NCBI GenBank assembly: GCA_964640155.1
Contig: CAZXEQ010000003.1
Location: forward strand, 12,089-44,088
DNA length: 32,000 bases
DNA from: an uncultured bacterium
GTDB taxonomy: Bacteria > Auribacterota > JACPWU01
Direction: 5' to 3'
This document shows, one piece after another, positions 17,388 to 24,665 of this stretch. The notes beneath the pieces were generated by a model. It saw only the letters and a list, made by a program, of their open reading frames with translations. It was not told the origin of the DNA and did not search any database. How positions within the stretch are numbered: position 1 is the stretch's first letter; the number at the start of each line of letters is the position of its first letter. The position numbers and the translations under genes are program-made.

Positions 17388-18875
17388 TTATTGAGTTAAT
17401 GGAAAGATAATATTAAAAGTGGTGCCTTGTCCTAAAATACTTTTGACTTCAATTTTGCCTTGATGTGCTTCAACGATAGATTTAGCAATGCTTAAACCTA
17501 AACCAATTCCATAACTTCCTTGACGGGCCTTATCAGCTCGATAAAAACGATTAAAAATATAAGGTAAATCGGCGGGAGAAATTCCTATTCCATTATCAGA
17601 AATTTCGACTTTAGCTCTTCCGTCTCCATTATTTACTTTGATAGTAACTTGCCCGCCAGGGTGATTATATTTAATGCCATTTTCAAGCAAATTAGAAAAC
17701 AATTGCCGAAGTTGAAAGGGATTACCTTTTAAAATAAGTTTTGCAGAATCCGTAAAAGAGAGTTGGACCTCTTTTGATTTTGCGAGTGGGTGAATATCCT
17801 CAATAATAGAACGGATTAAATCACCTAGCTGAATACTCTCCATTTCATCGACAAATTTTTGTGTTTCTAACTGAGCTAATGCCATGATTTCATCAATGAT
17901 TCTTTTTATTTTTTCAACTTCTTCCAGATTGCTAAATAAAACGTTTTTGTATTGCTCGGGGGAGCGAGGTTTAGATAAAGCTAGTTGTAATTGGCCTTTA
18001 ATAATGGTTAAAGGAGTTCTTAATTCATGAGAAATATCTTGAAGCATTTGTTGTTGAGACATAAATGATTTTTCCAGGCGTTCTAAGGTCTCATTGAACG
18101 TATGGGCGAGTCGACTGATTTCATCGCTCGAAGGAGAAACGGGTAAGCGTAATGTCAGATTGTTTGATTTAATTTCGCGAATGGTTTTAACCATTTCATC
18201 AATAGGCTTTAATGTTACTTTGACTAGTGAATAAGCTGTAATTCCTGCAATTAAAACAGCAATAGGAAGAAACGTAAAAAACACTTTTTTTAAACGATGG
18301 ATTTCAGTTATAACAGGTGAAAGGGAAGCAATAACTTGAACAATACATTTGACTTGGCTTTGATTTCGAATCAACTTGGTAAGAATGCGAACGGGGACCT
18401 TTTTCCCTTCGTTTATTGTGATATTTAAATCGTCAAAACGAGTATTTTGCAAAGGCCTTGCCATGAGTTTCTTTCTTAGAAAAGAGACCTCAGGAAATTC
18501 TCGTGATGAGGCAATAAGTTCGCCCGTCGGATCTACAATATCTACATGCATCCCTGTAATTTCTAGTTCATCTCGTATTTTGTCATTGGCTAAATAATCA
18601 GCAATTCTCTCAAATTTAATATCTTTTTCTCCTGAAAAAACATTGGATGTAAACCAGTCTCTTGTTACATCCATATTTTGTGTTTGCCAATAAGTTCGGA
18701 TGGAATTTTCTATTCCTTCAGCCTTGAGTAAAATAAGGGCGTCAATTTTTTCGTATAAACTATTGGTAAATCGACGTTGAATGGAAATGCAGAAAATAAG
18801 GAAAAGACTCACTAAGGTGAGTAAACAGAGAACAATGATTTTAAATCGTACTGATTTAAGAAAAAATCTATCCAT
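17388..18875 (-). CDS. Two-component sensor histidine kinase (2 TM, ~170-aa periplasmic domain, HAMP, HisKA, HATPase_c)
   Basis: H-box SHELRTPLT, N-box NLLENGIKYN, G1 DNGIGI, G2 GIGLGLSIAK. TM1 is IIVLCLLTLVSLFLIFCISI and TM2 is FFTFLPIAVLIAGITAYSLV. Confidence 0.9.
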   Translation of the reverse strand: MDRFFLKSVRFKIIVLCLLTLVSLFLIFCISIQRRFTNSLYEKIDALILLKAEGIENSIRTYWQTQNMDVTRDWFTSNVFSGEKDIKFERIADYLANDKIRDELEITGMHVDIVDPTGELIASSREFPEVSFLRKKLMARPLQNTRFDDLNITINEGKKVPVRILTKLIRNQSQVKCIVQVIASLSPVITEIHRLKKVFFTFLPIAVLIAGITAYSLVKVTLKPIDEMVKTIREIKSNNLTLRLPVSPSSDEISRLAHTFNETLERLEKSFMSQQQMLQDISHELRTPLTIIKGQLQLALSKPRSPEQYKNVLFSNLEEVEKIKRIIDEIMALAQLETQKFVDEMESIQLGDLIRSIIEDIHPLAKSKEVQLSFTDSAKLILKGNPFQLRQLFSNLLENGIKYNHPGGQVTIKVNNGDGRAKVEISDNGIGISPADLPYIFNRFYRADKARQGSYGIGLGLSIAKSIVEAHQGKIEVKSILGQGTTFNIIFPLTQ

Positions 18876-18876
18876 A

Positions 18877-19542
18877 TTACTCCTGGAGCAAGTAGCCTCT
18901 GCCTCGAATGGTCTGAATTAATTTTTTCTTATGTCCTTCATCAATCTTTTTTCTTAAATAATTAATATAGACATCAATAACATTTGAAGACACATCGAAA
19001 TTGATATCCCAAGCATGTTCTGAAATCATAGTACGGGTAATAATAGTTCCCGCATTACGCATTAAATACTCCAGAAGAATAAATTCTTTTGGAGTTAATA
19101 TAATTTCTTGACCCGCTCTTTCAACTTTATGCGTCAGTAAGTTAGCGATAAGATCTCCCACTTGAAGTTGAGTAGATGATGATTCTTTTTTTCTAAGATG
19201 GGCTCGGGTTCTTGCGAGTAGTTCTTGAAAATCAAAAGGTTTGGTAATGTAATCATCAGCTCCTATATCGAGCCCTTTGATTTTGTCTTTTACATCTCCC
19301 TTGGCTGTTAACATAATGATAGGAGTTGTAATCTTTTCTTCTCGGATTTTTTTACAAACGCTCATTCCATCTAATTTAGGAAGCATGAGATCAAGGATAA
19401 TTAAATCAAAATCATTGGTGGTTGCAATAAAATGTCCTTCTTCTCCATCATAAGCAACATCAACGACGTATCCCTCTTCTTTAAGACCCCTTTTGATAAA
19501 TGAAGCGATTTTTTTCTCATCTTCAATTACAAGAATGCGCAT
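18877..19542 (-). CDS. OmpR/PhoB-family response regulator
   Basis: The receiver has DLIILDLMLP (phospho-Asp) and LTAKG. The C-terminal winged helix is LTPKEFILLEYL...IQTIRGRGYLL. AAGGAGGA lies upstream. The gene ends 1 nt before the kinase start. Confidence 0.95.
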   Translation of the reverse strand: MRILVIEDEKKIASFIKRGLKEEGYVVDVAYDGEEGHFIATTNDFDLIILDLMLPKLDGMSVCKKIREEKITTPIIMLTAKGDVKDKIKGLDIGADDYITKPFDFQELLARTRAHLRKKESSSTQLQVGDLIANLLTHKVERAGQEIILTPKEFILLEYLMRNAGTIITRTMISEHAWDINFDVSSNVIDVYINYLRKKIDEGHKKKLIQTIRGRGYLLQE

Positions 19543-19747
19543 CGTATAAATCCTCCTTTATCATTTATCTGTATTTAAACCCCAAGTTAAGAGGGGAGGG
19601 TATAACAAATACAGGAAAACCTTTAGATGATTATGATTAACTTTAACTTTGTTTAGGGAAACATGACTTAAAAAACGTTCTGTTATAGTAACATTTTTTT
19701 TAAACCATGTCTTTTGCTTTGAATAGGAGGAAAATTATTATAAGTGG

Positions 19748-20347
19748 TTATCCTAAATTTAATGCATTTTGTTTGGCTTCATAGCGATTTTCAACTTCTT
19801 CCCAATGAATGTCATTCCAAAATGCTTGAATATAACCATCGCGTTTGACTCCATAGTCTTTAATAAACGCATGTTCAAAAACGTCCATCACTAGAAGCGG
19901 AATGGTTCCCGCTAGAAGGCCAGTATCATGCTCATTAATCCAAATGTTGTGTAAGCGTTCGGCCATGCAATCATAAGTGAGCATCACCCATCCAATTCCG
20001 CGCATTAAACCCATGGTTGTAAACTCTTTTTTCCAGGCTTCAAATGATTCATAATCCTTTACAATTTTTAGAGCTAAAGGGCTTTTTTTATTATATTCCG
20101 ATTTATTTTTAGATAAATTTCCAAAATAATATTCATGAAGCCGCATCCCATTAAATTCCCAACCCAAGCGACGTTTTAATTCAAAGAATTCTGGACCGTT
20201 CATTTCCTGTTTCTTGATCAAAGATAGTAATTTATTAGTGTTTTCAACATAACCTTCATAAAGTTTAAAATGATCTTTTAAAAGAACATCGCTAAAACCT
20301 GGTATTCCTAATAGATTTTCAAAGTTTATGGCTTGATAATTCATCAT
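19748..20347 (-). CDS. Fe/Mn superoxide dismutase family protein (divergent subfamily)
   Basis: DHFKLYEGYV (His26/Tyr34 equivalents with a 1-residue gap), MRLHEYYF (second His ligand) and MDVFEHAF (Asp and His ligands) correspond to canonical H..KHH..YV, NH..FW and DVWEHAYY. Confidence 0.8.
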   Translation of the reverse strand: MMNYQAINFENLLGIPGFSDVLLKDHFKLYEGYVENTNKLLSLIKKQEMNGPEFFELKRRLGWEFNGMRLHEYYFGNLSKNKSEYNKKSPLALKIVKDYESFEAWKKEFTTMGLMRGIGWVMLTYDCMAERLHNIWINEHDTGLLAGTIPLLVMDVFEHAFIKDYGVKRDGYIQAFWNDIHWEEVENRYEAKQNALNLG

Positions 20348-20367
20348 TTCCTCCTTACGGTAGAAGA

Positions 20368-20409
20368 GGGGAAATGAGGAGACCTTGCCAGTCTTTCCCT
20401 CATTTCCCC
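20368..20409 (-). promoter_or_regulatory. Strong intercistronic stem-loop between the BON gene stop and the SOD ribosome-binding site
   Basis: GGGGAAATGAGG (20368-20379) is the perfect reverse complement of CCTCATTTCCCC (20398-20409), with an inner AGAC/GTCT pair (20380-83 / 20391-94). On the transcribed strand it is followed by tcttctaccgtAAGGAGGAaATG, with no U-run. Confidence 0.5.
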
Positions 20410-20422
20410 CGCAATGAGCTTA

Positions 20423-21193
20423 TTATTTTTCTTCTACAGTCATTTCATTATTAACATCTTTTACTCCATCCATATCACTTACTAACTTTGTTACCAAATC
20501 TTTCTCTGCTTGATTTTTGGCTTTTCCTGTTAAAGTTACTTTTCCATCTTTGGTTTCAACCTTTGTTCTCAAAGCGCTGGTTGAACGGTGAGCAAACAGC
20601 ATTGTCTTTATTTGGGCAGTGATGGATGCATCATCTACTTTCTCTGTCATTGTCTCTTTCTCTTCTTCTTTGGGTGCGCTAGAGATCGTTATTTGATTAT
20701 CCACACTTTTAACTCCATCTACGTCATTTGCATATTGGGTAGTTAAATCCTTTTGGGCTAAGCTTTCTGCTTCGCCTTTTAAGGTTACAACTCCATCTTT
20801 TACCTCGACTTCCGTATCAAGAGCACTGACACTTCGATGAAAAAGAAGAGCTGCTTTTACCTTCGTTTCAATCCATTGATCTGAGGTTTTATCCTCTGAT
20901 GCATTTTTTACTTCAAGCTGATTATCGACGCTTTTAACATCGGGCATTCCTTGCATTGTTTCTTCAGCTAGTTTTTTTTGATTATCATTATCGACGGTAC
21001 CTTTTAAGGTCACGATTCCTTCTTTGGATGTCACACTGACATCATTATCTTTAAGGTATTTTCGATAAACATAAGAATCTTTAGCAGCTTTTTCGATTTG
21101 TTCATCTGTTAAGGGTTCTGCAAAAGATGTTACAACCATAGAACCCATTAAAAGAAAAAGTCCTAAAATAATCTTTGTTATGTTGTTTTTCAT
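20423..21193 (-). CDS. Periplasmic BON-domain protein (OsmY-like), three BON repeats
   Basis: A signal peptide is followed by three repeats of the form ...V.V..GVVTLKG.A.....K.L......D.DGVKSV.NQ..V. Confidence 0.9.
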   Translation of the reverse strand: MKNNITKIILGLFLLMGSMVVTSFAEPLTDEQIEKAAKDSYVYRKYLKDNDVSVTSKEGIVTLKGTVDNDNQKKLAEETMQGMPDVKSVDNQLEVKNASEDKTSDQWIETKVKAALLFHRSVSALDTEVEVKDGVVTLKGEAESLAQKDLTTQYANDVDGVKSVDNQITISSAPKEEEKETMTEKVDDASITAQIKTMLFAHRSTSALRTKVETKDGKVTLTGKAKNQAEKDLVTKLVSDMDGVKDVNNEMTVEEK

Positions 21194-21225
21194 AATGACC
21201 TCCTTTTTGGGTAGAAAAGTTTATT

Positions 21226-21693
21226 TTACTCGTACATCTTTCTTAGTCGACATAACTGATAATGAGCTTGTTGAAGCTCATAATAGTGTCGGTAAAGTAT
21301 TCCTTGTAACTCGAATGGTAAAGTGTTTTCCAACGCTTCTTTATACATTTCTATTGCAGCTCCCTCGCCATAGGCACATTGTGTGACGATGGCTGCTTCA
21401 CTTCCAGAGTTTGTAATAGATTTTATATTTGTCCAACCTCGATGCAAGGCTCCTAGCATACTTGTAGGTCTGTGATTGCCTCCTTTTTGAGTTATCCAGT
21501 TTTTGAGTTCAGATAAAAAACTTAAAGATTGTTGGGAATAGCGTGAAAATAAATTTTTTACTCTTTTTGTTCTTACAGCTTGTGTCGCCAATTTAAACCC
21601 TTTTTGACCATCCTTACAAACCTCGATGAGGTCATTCACGATAGGGATAGCGTTATTTTCTTCGACTTCAATAGGAAGTGGTTGTTGTTCCAT
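21226..21693 (-). CDS. PA2169/DUF2383-family four-helix-bundle (ferritin-like) protein
   Basis: LIEVCKDGQKGFKLA, GALHRGWTNIKS and CAYGEGAAIEMYKEAL match the family pattern I recall (TIGR02284). AGGAGA lies 5 nt upstream of the ATG. Confidence 0.75.
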   Translation of the reverse strand: MEQQPLPIEVEENNAIPIVNDLIEVCKDGQKGFKLATQAVRTKRVKNLFSRYSQQSLSFLSELKNWITQKGGNHRPTSMLGALHRGWTNIKSITNSGSEAAIVTQCAYGEGAAIEMYKEALENTLPFELQGILYRHYYELQQAHYQLCRLRKMYE

Positions 21694-22003
21694 AATTATC
21701 TCCTGCCTCTCCTTTATGATCTTCGATTTCTTTGTTAAATTCGTCAGGGCTATTTTCTATCGTCGGAGGGGTTGAATTTAAGATATCTGATGAGGTTTTT
21801 TGGTCTGATGGCTCCTGTTCCTGTTCATTGTTGGGATTATTTAATTGAGAAGAGTTATCATTCGAAGGTGTTTCTTGAGATATTGTTTCACCCTGTTGTG
21901 TTACGTTTTCTTTCTTTCTGTCAGACATTGCCTGTGCAGAAACGCTAAAGCTTATGAATAGTGTTAAAACCATTATACTTTTAAATATCCAGTTTTTATT
22001 CAT
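21668..22003 (-). CDS. Secreted acidic low-complexity protein (111 aa)
   Basis: GAGGAGA RBS and signal peptide IMVLTLFISFSVSAQA. The mature part is rich in N/Q/E/S/P and is probably disordered. The 3' end overlaps the next gene by 26 nt. Confidence 0.55.
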   Translation of the reverse strand: MNKNWIFKSIMVLTLFISFSVSAQAMSDRKKENVTQQGETISQETPSNDNSSQLNNPNNEQEQEPSDQKTSSDILNSTPPTIENSPDEFNKEIEDHKGEAGDNYGTTTTSY

Positions 22004-22029
22004 GGTTGTTCTCCTCTACTATAATTGAA

Positions 22030-22233
22030 TTAAAAGGTTATGCAGATTTCTTCATGAATTTCTAAATATTCTTTGTTGTTAAAGGTTGAATTGCATTTTA
22101 TGCATACCCATTCATCTTTTTTGTTTTCTTCTACACAAGCAAGGCAATGATTTTCAAGTGCGTTCCTGGAATCAAAAATCTTTCCACATCCGCTACATTG
22201 AAAACCTCCGGACTTTAGATTCTTTGGACTCAT
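22030..22233 (-). CDS. Small cytoplasmic protein with two tandem classical-spacing C2HC zinc fingers
   Basis: AGAGGAGA RBS. Finger 1 is F11-x-C13-x2-C16-x3-F20-x5-L26-x2-H29-x3-C33. Finger 2 is W42-x-C44-x2-C47-x3-F51-x5-L57-x2-H60-x3-C64. Confidence 0.7.
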   Translation of the reverse strand: MSPKNLKSGGFQCSGCGKIFDSRNALENHCLACVEENKKDEWVCIKCNSTFNNKEYLEIHEEICITF

Positions 22234-22418
22234 TATTATTTTATCTCCTCTTAATATTGCACTTTAATTTACAAACCCATTATCCAAAAAGAGCCATTAG
22301 AGGATGGTTAAAATAAAATTAGAAAATTTTAATTTATTTCATTTATCTTGAAATCAATCTTTAGATTTTGCTTAATGGTGTAAGTTTGATGGTATTGAAG
22401 ATTTTCGAGGAGAGAGTG

Positions 22419-24614
22419 ATGATGAATCAGGCAAACAAGAAAATATTAAATATCTCTTTTGTAAAAAATGATTTGGGTCGGTATAGCCTTGTTTTTTTTG
22501 TGTTTTGTCTTTTAGGTTTTGTTGCGTTTCTTTTTCGTTCAGTTGATCTTGTTCCGCATGTGGACAGCGATTTCTTTTTCTCAAGCCAGGATACACAATT
22601 ACAAGCAGATATTAAGATTTCCAAAGCTTTTCCTGAAGGATCTCCCAGTCTTTTGATTTTGAGTGCGATGGGTAAAATTCAATCTCCTCTTTATGTTGAT
22701 AAAATACATTCTTTAAGCAACACACTTTTAAAATTGCCAGAATTAACTGCAGTTAAAAGTATTACGCATGGGCCCAGTGACATTGACGATGCTTTTGCCA
22801 GTCCTTTATGGAAACGACTTTTGCTTTCGGAAGATGGGCGATCGACAAATCTAATTATTTTAATGAATAATGAATCGTTGCAGGAAAGCATTTCAAAAAT
22901 AGAAAAAATATTAGCTGATTTTGATCAAACAGATTTTCAGCTAAAAATTTCTGGAGTTCCTTATATTGTAGAACAGATTCGCAAAAACCTTTGGCATGAT
23001 TTGAAGACTTTTAGTCTTTTTGCAGGGCTTTTATTTGGTGTCATTCTTTTTCTGGTTTTTCGTTCTTTTATCATTTTATTAGGGACTCTTGTTTCATGTT
23101 TACTCTCATGTATGTTAACCCTGATTATTGCGCAAGCATTTCAATTGAAGATGGGAATTCTTACCGCTAATTTAATGACGATTGTTTTTATTCTTACGCT
23201 TTCACCCATTCTTTTCCTTACATTTAATTGGAAAAACATCGATGAGTATTTAGAAAAATCTTCAACTCATCCCATCCTTCAAACCATTCGTATTACTTTT
23301 AAAGGGTCTTTCTGGAGTATGTTGACCACTTTTTTAGGTTTTTTGAGCCTTTTGAATGTTCAAGCGAAGCCTTTGAGAGAATTAGGGGTTTTAGGTTCTA
23401 TTGGAACACTTGTGGCATTTTTATGCGCCTATCTTATTTATCCTGTATTTTTAAGTCTTTTGGAACCTTCTTTTAATCAAAATACTCAAGGGCATGACTC
23501 TAAAAATGTCTCCCGTTTTCTGAAAGGTAAATATGGAAAAGTAGTTGCTTTTTTGATTTGTGCTTCTATTTTTATTTCATTGGGTTTTAAAAAGCTCAAT
23601 ACAGATCCAAGTCTTTTGACTTATTTTGCTCCACAATCTGCTTTAAGAGAGAGTTTGGAATATATTGATAAAAATGGAGGAAGTAGTCCACTTAAGTTGG
23701 TGGTCAAAGATGCTCAAAATCAAAAATTAAATACCAAGCAAGCTTATCAAAAAATGTGGAATCTTCAAAATGAGTTGGAAAAGAATCCTTATGTTGGAGT
23801 GGTCATCTCTCTTCCTGTTGTCATGGCTGAAGGCAAACGGGCTGGAATGGCTTTTCTTTTAACCTGGGAAGGTCTTTTAAAGAAAATGGGAGAGCATGTT
23901 CAATTGGTAAAAAATTTTATTACAGATGATCGTCAATTTGCTTATTTTCTCTTAAGAATGAAGGAATCCCATTTGAATGTTTCTCGTACAGAAGTTATGA
24001 AGCAAATTGAAACCATTGTTCAAAATTGTGGATTTGATTTAGAGATGAAAGGTGGCGTTTATCTTTTACAGGGCAAACTTGCACAACTGGTTGTTTCAAG
24101 TTTGATTTATGGATTAGCAGGATTGTTTCTGGTTTTTGCGTTCATTAGTCTTATCATTTCATTTTCGATTCGAACTTCGCTCGCAATTATTTTTAGCCTC
24201 TTGATGATTCCTGGAGTAATTCTAGGCCTCAATGGATTTTTAAATGTGCCCTTGGATATTATTTGTGCTCCAGCCTCCAATGTTGCTTTAGGAATGGGGA
24301 TAGATGCCATGCTTTATACCACGATCGCAGCTCGTCGATTTAGAAAGCACGGATTGTCAAGTTGGGATGCATGGATAAAAGCAAGGTCGAGTCAATGTAA
24401 GGCTATCTTAAGTTCAGCATTGATCGTCAGTTTTGGTTTTGGTATTTTTGCATTTTCAAGCTTTCCTCCGACGCAAAGATTTGGATTATCTATTGTAGTA
24501 GGAACCTTTGTTTCTTGTGCTGCATCTTTGTTTGTTCTGCCTTTTCTTGCAGCTGAACCTATTACAAATTTTAAAAGATGGAAAGTTTTTTCTAAAAAAG
24601 AGAAATCCTTTTAA
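22419..24614 (+). CDS. RND-superfamily exporter, MMPL/HpnN-like (12 TM, two periplasmic loops)
   Basis: The track ORF starts at a TTG (22368). ATG at 22419 follows GAGGAG. Two repeated modules of (1 TM + large loop + 5 TM) fit the MMPL-type organisation. Confidence 0.75.
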   Translation: MMNQANKKILNISFVKNDLGRYSLVFFVFCLLGFVAFLFRSVDLVPHVDSDFFFSSQDTQLQADIKISKAFPEGSPSLLILSAMGKIQSPLYVDKIHSLSNTLLKLPELTAVKSITHGPSDIDDAFASPLWKRLLLSEDGRSTNLIILMNNESLQESISKIEKILADFDQTDFQLKISGVPYIVEQIRKNLWHDLKTFSLFAGLLFGVILFLVFRSFIILLGTLVSCLLSCMLTLIIAQAFQLKMGILTANLMTIVFILTLSPILFLTFNWKNIDEYLEKSSTHPILQTIRITFKGSFWSMLTTFLGFLSLLNVQAKPLRELGVLGSIGTLVAFLCAYLIYPVFLSLLEPSFNQNTQGHDSKNVSRFLKGKYGKVVAFLICASIFISLGFKKLNTDPSLLTYFAPQSALRESLEYIDKNGGSSPLKLVVKDAQNQKLNTKQAYQKMWNLQNELEKNPYVGVVISLPVVMAEGKRAGMAFLLTWEGLLKKMGEHVQLVKNFITDDRQFAYFLLRMKESHLNVSRTEVMKQIETIVQNCGFDLEMKGGVYLLQGKLAQLVVSSLIYGLAGLFLVFAFISLIISFSIRTSLAIIFSLLMIPGVILGLNGFLNVPLDIICAPASNVALGMGIDAMLYTTIAARRFRKHGLSSWDAWIKARSSQCKAILSSALIVSFGFGIFAFSSFPPTQRFGLSIVVGTFVSCAASLFVLPFLAAEPITNFKRWKVFSKKEKSF

Positions 24615-24643
24615 CGCGGTTAAAATTTATATTGTAAACGTTG

Positions 24644-24652
24644 TGATATAAT
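24644..24652 (+). promoter_or_regulatory. Candidate extended -10 promoter element (TGaTATAAT) for the hybrid kinase gene
   Basis: tgatataat at 24644-24652, 14 nt upstream of the ATG at 24666. No good -35 is present and the leader would be very short, so this is weak. Confidence 0.25.
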
Positions 24653-24665
24653 AGAATCCGCTTAC

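Noticed and set aside
19748-20347. The SOD-like protein appeared to lack the first metal-ligand histidine
   Set aside because: Re-aligning with a one-residue gap (DHF-KLYEGYV versus YHYGKHHQTYV) restores all four ligands (His, His, Asp, His). It is a divergent but probably functional SOD. Only the second-sphere His30 equivalent differs.
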